A program made the translations under genes and the position numbers. From assembly GCA_027014115.1 (NCBI GenBank), contig JALWEJ010000089.1:8015-72014 (forward strand): a stretch of DNA of 64,000 nucleotides. Reading direction: 5' to 3'. Positions 38,605 through 47,852 of the stretch are shown here, piece by piece. Under the pieces are notes generated by a model. It saw only the letters and a list, made by a program, of their open reading frames with translations, ran no database searches and had not been told where the DNA came from. The DNA comes from Desulfurellales bacterium. GTDB taxonomy: Bacteria; Campylobacterota_A; Desulfurellia; Desulfurellales; Hippeaceae. The number at the start of each line of letters is the position of its first letter. Positions within the stretch are counted from its first letter, which is position 1.

Positions 38605-40120
38605 CAGGCTTTAAAAGAATAACAAGTTCAACATTGCTTGAGGTAAACCCTTGCTGTTTGAACAATGAACCGATTCCCGGCATACTTGACAATATAGGCA
38701 CTCCGTTATCATTTTTCTGATACTGTCTGCTTATCAGACCTCCCAAAACTACAACATCACCACTTTGAGCAGAAACCACCGTGCTTGCTTCTCTTAAATC
38801 AACCTGAGGAAGTGTGTATGTATTTCCGCTTATACTTTTTTCCCTTAATGCCACTACATTACTCTTTATTGGAACAATTCTTAAAAGAACGCTGCCGTCA
38901 CCCTTGATAAACGGTGTTATGCCGAATAAAACCCCGTCAAACACAGACGATATGTTTACATCGGGTGTTGTGATTGTGGATTCCCCTGTCGATGTCTGGG
39001 TTATCTCTACGCTTTTAATAAAGCTGATTGACCTTCCTACAGACAGTATTGCAGGTTGTGAATTCATAACCCTAAGGTGAGGCTCAGAAACCAGTCTTAT
39101 GGCTCCAAACTCAGACAGAGCATTAACCACACTGCCAAGAGTAATCTCTGTATCACTTGTGTGAAATATTCTTGAAACGTCGAGTTTTAATGCCGGAGAA
39201 GATGAGCCAAAATCAATTGTCTGCTGCCCAAGATTGATAACTTGACCCAGCTTTGAATTTTTTGACAAAAGATTCCAATCAATACCAAATTTCCAACTCT
39301 TATTTAGACCCACCTCAACAATCTTTGCTTCTATTATAACCTGTCTGTTATAACTTTTATATATAGCATCAATATATCTGTCTACCATTTTCATATTTTG
39401 AGGTCTATCTTTGACCATTAACACCCCGCTTGCCTGATCAAGCGTGAATTGACCGTCTTTTGATAACAACTTTTTAATATTATTATCTATGGTTTTATAA
39501 ATATCGCCCTTGGCGGCACTGCTTTTTGAATCTAAAGAGAAATTGCCTTTTAGAGGTGTAGTAACATTATTATCGCTTCCACTCTCTCCCCCGCCAAGCA
39601 CATCGCCTCCAAGCGACGATTTGGATGTTCTTATAATACTTAAAAAACCCAAATCGTATGTCTTTGTCTCAAACGGTGTAATCCATATTATCTTATCTCT
39701 CTTTTTCCAACTTGCACCGACAATACCGACAATAGTATTCAGAGCATCTCTTATACTCACATTGTTTAAGGATAAATCTATATTGGGATTTGTGATAAAG
39801 GTATCAAGCCTGCTGTCAAATGCAACATTGATAGATTTTGATTGAAGAATCTGCACTACTGCATCTTTATATGAGATAGATTTTGCATAAAAACTCACCC
39901 TTGCCAAATCCAATATGTCTATCTTTTTCTTCAATGGTTTAAGAGCTATTTTTCTTTGTAAAAAATTATAGTTCCTTTGGTTGTTGAGAGTATGTTCGAT
40001 TTTTGACATTTCCTGCATATTCTTCTTTTCGACCATTTTTGTGTTCTCACTGCAGGAAAATAGAAATAAAAATATAAGCAGATATATAAAATTTTTAACT
40101 TTTCTTGTTTGCATAAACAT
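38591..40120 (-). CDS. secretin lipoprotein (MshL/PilQ-type)
   Basis: 509-aa ORF with a lipobox (FLFSC), N0/N1-like domains and a secretin core (VVVLGGLISRQYQKNDNGVPILSSMPGIGSLFK). Confidence 0.88.
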   Translation of the reverse strand: MFMQTRKVKNFIYLLIFLFLFSCSENTKMVEKKNMQEMSKIEHTLNNQRNYNFLQRKIALKPLKKKIDILDLARVSFYAKSISYKDAVVQILQSKSINVAFDSRLDTFITNPNIDLSLNNVSIRDALNTIVGIVGASWKKRDKIIWITPFETKTYDLGFLSIIRTSKSSLGGDVLGGGESGSDNNVTTPLKGNFSLDSKSSAAKGDIYKTIDNNIKKLLSKDGQFTLDQASGVLMVKDRPQNMKMVDRYIDAIYKSYNRQVIIEAKIVEVGLNKSWKFGIDWNLLSKNSKLGQVINLGQQTIDFGSSSPALKLDVSRIFHTSDTEITLGSVVNALSEFGAIRLVSEPHLRVMNSQPAILSVGRSISFIKSVEITQTSTGESTITTPDVNISSVFDGVLFGITPFIKGDGSVLLRIVPIKSNVVALREKSISGNTYTLPQVDLREASTVVSAQSGDVVVLGGLISRQYQKNDNGVPILSSMPGIGSLFKQQGFTSSNVELVILLKPVVVQ

Positions 40121-40544
40121 TTAAAACCAACCACTTTCTATATTTTTTTGTTTTTATCAAAACCCTGCTCTTTTCTATTTTTAAAACCCTAATACCGTTG
40201 TAATACTGCCCCTCTCTTAAAACATTTCCGTCAATTTTGCATACTTTTTTTCCGTTTTCATAGTATATCATATTTAATGCTGCAGGCTTTTTAGTATGAA
40301 CAATATTTGAAACTTTTTTTATTTTAGATTTTTCTGTATTTTTGTTTGCAACTTCAACACTCTTTTTTCTAAAAATAGCACTTAACAAAATATTGCTGTC
40401 GGAAAAATGCTTTTTGTTTACCAATGTGGGTAAATCCATATTTTTAACAGGCTGAACATACCTGTGTTGAACAAAATACGGACTTATCTTGTATGATACA
40501 GTTATAGCAATAACAGTTACAAAAAAAACGAGATAGTGCTTCAT
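40095..40544 (-). CDS. small bitopic pilus-operon protein (MshK/PilP-like C-terminus)
   Basis: 149-aa ORF with an N-terminal TM helix. The C-terminal CKIDGNVLREGQYYNGIRVLKIEKSRVLIK resembles the PilP/GspC-HR beta domain. Confidence 0.45.
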   Translation of the reverse strand: MKHYLVFFVTVIAITVSYKISPYFVQHRYVQPVKNMDLPTLVNKKHFSDSNILLSAIFRKKSVEVANKNTEKSKIKKVSNIVHTKKPAALNMIYYENGKKVCKIDGNVLREGQYYNGIRVLKIEKSRVLIKTKKYRKWLVLNVYANKKS

Positions 40545-40550
40545 ATAAAA

Positions 40551-41006
40551 CTACCTCAAAAAGAGCATGGCTTTTTTCCCACTAACCGAAATAACCCTAA
40601 GATCTTCTTTGCTGTTTAACTCTTCTTCACCTTCATTTTCACTGTTTGTGCTCTTCCCAAGATGAAAACTATCAAGAAAGAAAAAACCCTCATTTTTATA
40701 TGTAGAGTCAATAACACCGTTTATTTTATAAACCGCACTATTTAGGTCAAAATTTGCACTAATATGTACAGGCTCAACCCTTACACTTTCTACAACACCG
40801 CCAAACGATTTTTTATAGGCAATAAAAGCTTTTATGGCATTTTTGTTTTTTCTTGATTTATTAAGCGCTTTATCTATCAAAACCATATCACTTTTTATGC
40901 TTTCCACATTTAGTTTTGTTGTTTCAAAAAACATAACGGAAACGGCCAACAAAACCGAACTCAAAACAGCATATAACACTTTTTTCCTGTTTAAATTTTC
41001 CAACAC
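40551..41006 (-). CDS. small bitopic pilus-operon protein (MshJ/PilO-like by position)
   Basis: 151-aa ORF with an N-terminal TM helix (VLYAVLSSVLLAVSVMFF). The assignment rests only on position and size. Confidence 0.4.
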   Translation of the reverse strand: MLENLNRKKVLYAVLSSVLLAVSVMFFETTKLNVESIKSDMVLIDKALNKSRKNKNAIKAFIAYKKSFGGVVESVRVEPVHISANFDLNSAVYKINGVIDSTYKNEGFFFLDSFHLGKSTNSENEGEEELNSKEDLRVISVSGKKAMLFLR

Positions 41007-41016
41007 AAGCCCTCTT

Positions 41017-41841
41017 TTATTTAATTCTCACCTTCCTTACACCGGAATTACCGTAAAAAATTGTAGCCTTTTTCCCATTATATTCTAAAATACCTTTTTT
41101 CCCTTTTTTCGAATAACTAAAACCGCTTGGTAGATTAAGCTGTGAGGCATCCGGAGCCTTGTTTGGAAACTGTTCCACAATATCTGCAATCTGGTTAGAC
41201 AGTGCAGCATAAGCAGAAGAATAACTTCCCGCTGAGCCGGATGAGCCACCAGAGTTGTTCAACAAATAATTATTCGTGCAAAGTCCGTTTAAATAACTAA
41301 AAGGAACAGAAACAACAATATCGTTTGCACTGTTTTCATTATATGGATGAGAAGGGTTCTCATAGGTTCCATTAGTTGTATTGTTTAAACTATCAAGCTT
41401 ATAATCATTTCCTTTACTAACAACAACAAATGCAACAGAATGGGAATCTATCTTTGGTCTTCCGGCAGAACCTGCAGCAGATGCATCCTGCTGGGCAAGC
41501 TGTTTAACCTTCTGACAAAAATCGCTAACACTCGTTGTAGAGATTAATGCCGCATTCACATCATAAACAAGATCATTTCCGTAGGCATCCTTAGCCCTTG
41601 TTCCAATTTCATCATACGGCAGAAGATAGGACGGTTTGGGCTGCGGCAGCTTGCCGTTTGAAAATGCATACCCTATCAAAGCCTCTTTTGCCTCTTTTGT
41701 TGCCGTTCTGTTTTCTGTTAACTTATTTTGTTTCATAAGCATTTTCATCATAGGAATGCCAAGACCCAAAATAAGGCCCAAAACAACCATGACTATGGCA
41801 ACCTCTATAAGAGTAAAACCTTTTTTTTGCCTCAACAACAT
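41017..41841 (-). CDS. prepilin-type N-terminal cleavage/methylation domain protein (minor pilin or large pilin)
   Basis: 274-aa ORF with leader MLLRQKKG followed by FTLIEVAIVMVVLGLILGL (G-1, F+1, E+5). Confidence 0.8.
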   Translation of the reverse strand: MLLRQKKGFTLIEVAIVMVVLGLILGLGIPMMKMLMKQNKLTENRTATKEAKEALIGYAFSNGKLPQPKPSYLLPYDEIGTRAKDAYGNDLVYDVNAALISTTSVSDFCQKVKQLAQQDASAAGSAGRPKIDSHSVAFVVVSKGNDYKLDSLNNTTNGTYENPSHPYNENSANDIVVSVPFSYLNGLCTNNYLLNNSGGSSGSAGSYSSAYAALSNQIADIVEQFPNKAPDASQLNLPSGFSYSKKGKKGILEYNGKKATIFYGNSGVRKVRIK

Positions 41842-41852
41842 AAAAACCTCAT

Positions 41853-42746
41853 TTAAATATTAAAATACATGGCAAATGCAATAACCATTAATACAGCCGT
41901 AGCAACAATAATACCAATTGCAATAGATTTTTTTATATCCTCAAATGGCAGATTCAAAGAATCCGCTGCTTCTTCTATATCTAATTTTGAAATTTCTTTT
42001 CTATTTTTGGAATAAGCAATAGCAAGTGCACGCTTCATAACACTGTTTATCAAACGCGGTATACCGTTTGTTCTTTTAAAAATCTCTTTTTTTGCATCCT
42101 TTGAAAGGGGCACCATACCGTTTGCCTTTGCCATTCTGTATTGAATGTATTCCTCGGTTTCTTCTTGTGTGAATGGGTAAAGATAACATCTTATTGTTAT
42201 TCTTTGATTGAGCTGCCTAATCTGATTTTTTACCATTTTTTCAAGTTCGGGTTGACCGGATAATATAATATGAAGGGGCTTTTTGTTTTGGAGTTCTATA
42301 TTTGACAAAAGCCTTATCTGCTCCAATGATTCGATTGGTAAACTTTGAGCTTCATCTATTACAAGCAAAAGTTTTTTATTATTTTTTGCAAGATTTAACA
42401 GATAACTTTGGAAAATATTCAGATTTTTCGCCAAATCATTACTGTTATGCTCTATATCCAAGTCATTCAAAACAGCCTTTATGAGTTCAGGCGGATTAAG
42501 CATAGGCGTTACTATTAAAGCAAATTCCCACCTATCGGGTATGGTTTTCAAAAATTTTCTCAAAAGTGTGGTTTTACCTATACCCGGATAACCTACGACA
42601 AGAACAAAGCCGTCACCATCTTTTATGGAATACGACAAAAGTTCAAGAGCATCTTTATGGGATTTGGACGGATAGAAGTATTCTGTATCGGGAGAAAGTC
42701 TAAAAGGCTCATCCAAAAGCCCAAAAAACGACAATTTGTCCTTCAT
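41853..42746 (-). CDS. ExeA/MshM-like AAA+ ATPase with a C-terminal TM anchor
   Basis: MKDKLSFFGLLDEPFRLSPDTEYFYPS is an ExeA-type N-terminus. Walker A is GYPGIGKTTLL and Walker B is LLLVIDEAQ. I prefer the ATG at 42746. The track start at 42809 would read through the terminator hairpin. Confidence 0.8.
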   Translation of the reverse strand: MKDKLSFFGLLDEPFRLSPDTEYFYPSKSHKDALELLSYSIKDGDGFVLVVGYPGIGKTTLLRKFLKTIPDRWEFALIVTPMLNPPELIKAVLNDLDIEHNSNDLAKNLNIFQSYLLNLAKNNKKLLLVIDEAQSLPIESLEQIRLLSNIELQNKKPLHIILSGQPELEKMVKNQIRQLNQRITIRCYLYPFTQEETEEYIQYRMAKANGMVPLSKDAKKEIFKRTNGIPRLINSVMKRALAIAYSKNRKEISKLDIEEAADSLNLPFEDIKKSIAIGIIVATAVLMVIAFAMYFNI

Positions 42747-42789
42747 TGAAAAATTATAACCCACTATGTTCTCATTGTAAAGAAATAGA

Positions 42790-42819
42790 AAAAAGCCGAA
42801 GCCCAACAAAACGGCTTCG
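42790..42819 (-). terminator. Rho-independent terminator/attenuator after the pilin gene
   Basis: CGAAGCC (42797-42803) pairs with GGCTTCG (42813-42819), a 7-bp GC-rich stem, followed on the minus strand by GCTTTTTCTATTTCTT. Confidence 0.6.
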
Positions 42820-42839
42820 ACTTAGATTAAATTCTATAT

Positions 42840-43451
42840 TTATTTGTAAATATAGAAAGCATTAACAGTTGCTGTTGCAGATGCATCAGGCCAATCGCTA
42901 TCATCATGATAGTGCCTAAACAGACCTGCTGTTCCGTCTGCAGAACCGTCTATAATTGTATCTATAGCAATAGCAACATCTGTAGGCATACCTACTATAT
43001 AAATAGCATTATAATGTTTACCCTCTCTATGACTAGCCAAATTATACAAATATGCTGTCATGGTAGACCTTACATATTTGGCATTAATAAAATAGCTTCC
43101 TGGATTACCTGTATTTGTTGTAGGCGGCTCCAAGCCGACAGCCTTCAATCTATCTTCAACAGTTGATGTAGCTGCCAAATTCACATTATCAAAAGCTCCG
43201 TTTGCAGGATCTACACTTCCTCCATTTGCTGTTCCGTCACCAAGAAGCTGACCTGTTCTGTCCTGATAGTTGTTTACAGCCAACTCCCATGCTTCTATAT
43301 ACTGAGTATATACCTTTTTAATCTTTGCACCTTCTATAACATCTCTACCTTTCAAAACAGCACCGAGAATCAAACCTATAATAATTAAAACAATAGCCAA
43401 CTCAATAAGAGTAAAACCCGACCTGCTTTTTAGACTTACACCACCTGTCAT
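42840..43451 (-). CDS. type IV pilin (likely major subunit of this system)
   Basis: 203-aa ORF with leader MTGGVSLKSRSG followed by FTLIELAIVLIIIGLILGAV (G-1, F+1, E+5). A 90-nt upstream gap holds promoter candidates, and a terminator lies downstream. Confidence 0.85.
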   Translation of the reverse strand: MTGGVSLKSRSGFTLIELAIVLIIIGLILGAVLKGRDVIEGAKIKKVYTQYIEAWELAVNNYQDRTGQLLGDGTANGGSVDPANGAFDNVNLAATSTVEDRLKAVGLEPPTTNTGNPGSYFINAKYVRSTMTAYLYNLASHREGKHYNAIYIVGMPTDVAIAIDTIIDGSADGTAGLFRHYHDDSDWPDASATATVNAFYIYK

Positions 43452-43508
43452 TTTAAACCTCCAAAAAGTTTCTAAAACAATTTAAAACAATTCCTCTATT
43501 TTATGAAT

Positions 43509-43523
43509 GCCACAAAGCAACCA
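43509..43523 (-). promoter_or_regulatory. weak sigma54-type (-24/-12) promoter candidate upstream of the pilin gene
   Basis: Minus strand reads TGGTTGCTTTGTGGC. GG and GC have the spacing of the TGGCAC-N5-TTGC consensus, but several consensus positions mismatch. Confidence 0.25.
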
Positions 43524-43541
43524 CTTTGTCAAGTAAATAAG

Positions 43542-44753
43542 TTACTTTGTCATATTTCCCAACATACCGTATATTGGGCTAATAAGCGCCAAAACAAAGA
43601 AAATAAACATAACACCAATAAAACCAAGCACTATAGGCTCTATGAGTTTTCCTATAATCTCAACCATATTTTGAACCTTTTCATAATACATATCAGACAG
43701 CCTCTTCATCTGAGAATCCATATTTCCCGTTTCTTCACCAACAGCAATCATTCTTAAAACAATAAGTTCAAACACCTTTGCCTCTTTTGCGGCCTCAGAC
43801 AGGGTCTCGCCGTTTTTTAAATTATCAAGCATACCGCCTATTCGACTTAAAAAATAATCGTTTGTTATAGCAAATTCCATAGTGCTCAAAGATTCCGTTA
43901 TGGTAACACCGCTTGTTGTCAAAAGGGACAGGTATTGAAAATAAAATGCAGTCTGTGAACATCGAATAATCATACCTACAATAGGCATTTTCCACAATGC
44001 ATAATGAAACAACAATCTAAACCGCTTCATCTTCAGCAAAAACGGAAAAGATACAATTAAGCCCACAATAAAAAGCACTATCACATACCAATAGGTTGTA
44101 GTAAAATCACTTATCGCTATAAGCATTCTTGTTGCAAGCGGCAAATCTATACCTTGAGACTTAAAAAGTTCAGTTATTTGAGGCAAAACATACACTATCC
44201 AAAAAGCAAAAGCACCAAATACGGCAAACAGACTAAACGTTGGGTATATCAAAGCCCTTTTCGTTGCAGAACGAATAGCTATAACCCTATCAAGATAATC
44301 GGCAGCATCTTTGAGCGTTTTTTCAAGACCGCCGGATGTCTCTCCGATTTTTGCCATAGAGATAACAATCTTAGGAAACATACCTACCTTATCCAGAGCC
44401 TCAGAAAAAGCATACCCCTCATCCAGCATATCCAACATTTGTTTTGCCGCATATTTAATTGCCTTGTTTTCAACAGAATCTTTCAAATCATCCAGCGCAC
44501 CCTGTATGGCTATTCCGCTTTCCAAGTAAACGGAAATGTTTCTTATAAATTCCGATATATCCCTAAGCTTGGGTTTACCTATTGTAAAATATCTGTATGC
44601 GGGCGCTAAAAAATCGGGTATTTCAAAAAAACTGTACAGCTCTTTTCCTGCTGACTCCACATGCTCATAAAGTTCATCTACAGATTCGTAACTACCTATA
44701 TCTTTTGAAATATCCCCACTTTCTGTTAAAAAGGAATATATAAAAAATCCCAT
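43542..44753 (-). CDS. GspF/PilC-family inner-membrane platform protein (MshG-like)
   Basis: 403-aa ORF with the duplicated T2SSF domain architecture and three TM segments. It directly abuts the ATPase gene. Confidence 0.88.
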   Translation of the reverse strand: MGFFIYSFLTESGDISKDIGSYESVDELYEHVESAGKELYSFFEIPDFLAPAYRYFTIGKPKLRDISEFIRNISVYLESGIAIQGALDDLKDSVENKAIKYAAKQMLDMLDEGYAFSEALDKVGMFPKIVISMAKIGETSGGLEKTLKDAADYLDRVIAIRSATKRALIYPTFSLFAVFGAFAFWIVYVLPQITELFKSQGIDLPLATRMLIAISDFTTTYWYVIVLFIVGLIVSFPFLLKMKRFRLLFHYALWKMPIVGMIIRCSQTAFYFQYLSLLTTSGVTITESLSTMEFAITNDYFLSRIGGMLDNLKNGETLSEAAKEAKVFELIVLRMIAVGEETGNMDSQMKRLSDMYYEKVQNMVEIIGKLIEPIVLGFIGVMFIFFVLALISPIYGMLGNMTK

Positions 44754-46385
44754 CTAAACACCAAACACCCTTTTCAACTCATCCACATCAACCAATCCTT
44801 GTTTCACAAAATCAACAGCAGATTCCCTCATGGTCTGCATGCCCTTGTCCAACAAATACTCCTTAATTTCACCCATGGTTTTATTATCGGACAACATCTG
44901 CTTTACTTTATCGTCAACCAAAACTATTTCACATGCAGCAACCCTTCCGAGATACCCGGTATTTTTACATCTTTCACATCCTTTGTGTTTATAAATTCTA
45001 TCCGCATCAACACCAAGATATTTTTTTATATCGGAATCCGCCTCCATCTCAACTTTACAATAAGGACAAAGCTTTCTTACCAATCTTTGTGCAATTATTG
45101 CGGTTAATGATGAGGATAAAAGGAAATTTCCAATGCCTAAATCTTTTAGCCTGGATATTGCTCCTACTGCATCATTTGTATGCAGAGTCGACAAAACAAG
45201 ATGACCTGTTAATGCAGCCCTAATAGCAAGCGTTGATGTTTCTGCATCTCGAATTTCACCTATCAGCATAACATCCGGATCTTGACGCAAAAAAGAACGT
45301 ATCGCGGATGCAAATGTCAGATTGGCTTTTTGATTAACCGCAACCTGATGAACAAGAGGAATTTTAAATTCTATAGGATCTTCAATTGTTAAAACATTTT
45401 TCTCCATTGTATTTATTTTCCTGAGTAAGGCATAAAGAGTTGTTGTTTTACCAGAACCTGTAGGACCCGTCACAAGAATTATACCAAAAGGCTCACTAAC
45501 GGCTTTTTGAGCAAGTTTTAACTGTTCTTCCTTAAATCCGATCTGTTCAAGTGTAATCTGCCTCGAATGGCCGCCAAGTATTCTAATAACAAGATTCTCT
45601 CCATACAGTGTAGGCGTTGTGGATACCCTAAAATCAAACCTCTCATGCAAAAACTCATAGCTCATTCCTCCATCCTGAGGCGTATTTGAGGAGGCTATAT
45701 CCATACCACTTCTAACCTTTATCGTAGAAATAATACGAGAATGAACCGAAACGGGTAGAGTGTTAAACAACTGCAGAACACCGTCAATCCTGTAAGATAT
45801 AAGGCTGACATGCTCAGACGGATTTATGTGTATGTCGCTTGCCCCATTATCTATGGCGTTTTCAATGATTAAATTAACAAGATTTTCTATTGATATTGCG
45901 TTGCCGCTCGCAACATCATTGACTAATGCTTCAATTGTCTCTTGGATGGGGTTTTCAGCCAAATAGTAGAATCTCTCTATTTTTTTGGCAAGCTCTGTAG
46001 CCGGTGAAATTTTATAAACCACATCACCCTTGGCAAATCTTTGTATCATGATTTTTGCTCTGTCGTTGTAAGGATCAGACAAAGCAACCACCAAACTGCC
46101 ATTTTCCAAAGAAACGGGCAAAATATTATTCTGCATGGAGAAATTTTTCGGTATTCTTGACAAAGCCTCTTTTGAGGGTGATACAGATACCAAATCCAAA
46201 AAATCAAACCCTGACTGCTCAGCCAAAATTTGGGCAACCTCATAATCCGTCACAAAACCCAAATCCAACAGAACATCGCCAAGTCTTTTTTTATCGGATT
46301 TTTGAACCTTTATGGCATACTCTATATGTTCATTGGTAATTACACCCGCCTCTTTTAATAGTTGTCCTATCGGTTTTGCCATCAA
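44754..46385 (-). CDS. GspE/PilB-family assembly ATPase with an N-terminal MshEN domain (MshE-like)
   Basis: 543-aa ORF. Walker A is GPTGSGKTTT, the Asp/His boxes are present, and the tetracysteine motif is CPYC...CERC. The N-terminus carries two 24-aa MshEN-type motifs separated by 5 aa. Confidence 0.9.
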   Translation of the reverse strand: MMAKPIGQLLKEAGVITNEHIEYAIKVQKSDKKRLGDVLLDLGFVTDYEVAQILAEQSGFDFLDLVSVSPSKEALSRIPKNFSMQNNILPVSLENGSLVVALSDPYNDRAKIMIQRFAKGDVVYKISPATELAKKIERFYYLAENPIQETIEALVNDVASGNAISIENLVNLIIENAIDNGASDIHINPSEHVSLISYRIDGVLQLFNTLPVSVHSRIISTIKVRSGMDIASSNTPQDGGMSYEFLHERFDFRVSTTPTLYGENLVIRILGGHSRQITLEQIGFKEEQLKLAQKAVSEPFGIILVTGPTGSGKTTTLYALLRKINTMEKNVLTIEDPIEFKIPLVHQVAVNQKANLTFASAIRSFLRQDPDVMLIGEIRDAETSTLAIRAALTGHLVLSTLHTNDAVGAISRLKDLGIGNFLLSSSLTAIIAQRLVRKLCPYCKVEMEADSDIKKYLGVDADRIYKHKGCERCKNTGYLGRVAACEIVLVDDKVKQMLSDNKTMGEIKEYLLDKGMQTMRESAVDFVKQGLVDVDELKRVFGV

Positions 46386-47791
46386 AACTTACTACCGTCA
46401 ATTTTAAATTTTGTTACAAGTGTTGCCCTTTTTAAATTTTCATCATAGACAAACTCATTGGAATCTGTTTCTATCTTTTGAGTCAGTTTTTTTAAAAACT
46501 TCCTTGCAGTAGTTTTTGTCTCCATATATGAGCCGTTAATTACAAGTGTGACCTTAGTAGCAAAATTTTTTGAATTTAATTTAGGCACCTCGATATTTTG
46601 ACTAAAATTAGAGGCTGTATTTGGCGGTTCTTGGTAGTTTTGCTGATTATTGTTCTTTTTAGCTTTATAGAATTCAATATCCATATTATCAATAAGCGCT
46701 TCTTTTGGTGTTATATGTGTTATCCAGGTTAAAAAACCCCCCAAATCCATCTGCTTGTTGGATTCTTGCTGCAGTTTCTCAACAGCAGTAAATCTTTTTA
46801 GTTCGTTTAATTTTGGCATATGCGAGTTTGTATAATTCACATTCTGAATCAGCATTATCTGTTTTTTTTCAAATGTATTTACGAAAGAGGTATATTGAGA
46901 AAAATTATTCATACCAAAAAATCCCAAACCAAAAAAAACTAATACAGAAAAAGCAAATACAACTCTGCTTAACTCATACGAGACAACTTTGTGTATATAC
47001 TCTTGTTCAAGAAAATCAAAATCCTTGTCAATCTTAAACAATCCATAGAAATGTGCCAATTGGTTTTTAAATTTTTCATTCTCGGATAGTTCATCATTGT
47101 TGTGGTATTTAACAAACTCACCGAGAAATACCGTATCTTCCGGATAGAAACTCACATCAATTTCATCTGTTTTGTTATATGCAGATACTGTCTTTGATTT
47201 TATACAGCCGTTTTCAACTTCCAAATCGATTTGTGTATTCAAGGATGCCCACAATACCCTGCTTGTATTGGCATTTTGTGATATGGCAAATTTCGATACA
47301 ACGATTTCAAGCGGAACAACATACTCCATAATAAACAAATCTCTCAAAAAAGCTATTCTGTTCAAATCTGCCTCCGGTATTGCGCTGACAGCAATACGTC
47401 TTGCTGTGTCATTTTCTTCTACCTGTTCATAGCTGATTTTGAAAGGCTCCATAAATACCGACTGTTCGTTTATATATTTCTTCACAGCCATATTGATAAA
47501 TTTGTCATTTCTAACGGTTACTTGAGTCATGTCAAAAAAACTCAGCTCAGACAAAAGTGCAACTCTTGCATAATTAACCTTTTTTTCTTTTTTTAGGTCT
47601 TTCAATGCATTTAGCGTGCAACTTCCGGTTTCGATAATTTTTTCACCCTTTGCAATTGCATATTCAACACCACCTTCATACGATAGATTTATAGATAAAA
47701 GAATTATTCTACCGGATTTAACTCTAAACATATTCAAACTCCAAAAAAACCAAAATATCGCCATGTTTTGCTTAGCAAACAACATTCCCAA
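46382..47791 (-). CDS. MshI-like pilus biogenesis protein (PilM-like cytoplasmic domain, TM helix, PilN-like periplasmic part); start uncertain
   Basis: 469-aa ORF with a central TM helix (VVFAFSVLVFFGLGFFGM). It is the first gene of the operon and overlaps the ATPase start by 4 nt. An internal MFRVKSG (about 47731) is an alternative start. Confidence 0.5.
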   Translation of the reverse strand: MGMLFAKQNMAIFWFFWSLNMFRVKSGRIILLSINLSYEGGVEYAIAKGEKIIETGSCTLNALKDLKKEKKVNYARVALLSELSFFDMTQVTVRNDKFINMAVKKYINEQSVFMEPFKISYEQVEENDTARRIAVSAIPEADLNRIAFLRDLFIMEYVVPLEIVVSKFAISQNANTSRVLWASLNTQIDLEVENGCIKSKTVSAYNKTDEIDVSFYPEDTVFLGEFVKYHNNDELSENEKFKNQLAHFYGLFKIDKDFDFLEQEYIHKVVSYELSRVVFAFSVLVFFGLGFFGMNNFSQYTSFVNTFEKKQIMLIQNVNYTNSHMPKLNELKRFTAVEKLQQESNKQMDLGGFLTWITHITPKEALIDNMDIEFYKAKKNNNQQNYQEPPNTASNFSQNIEVPKLNSKNFATKVTLVINGSYMETKTTARKFLKKLTQKIETDSNEFVYDENLKRATLVTKFKIDGSKF

Positions 47792-47852
47792 AAATCATCA
47801 AAACCAAACAAAATTATTTGATTAAAACCTGCTATATCTATAATATCAAGCT

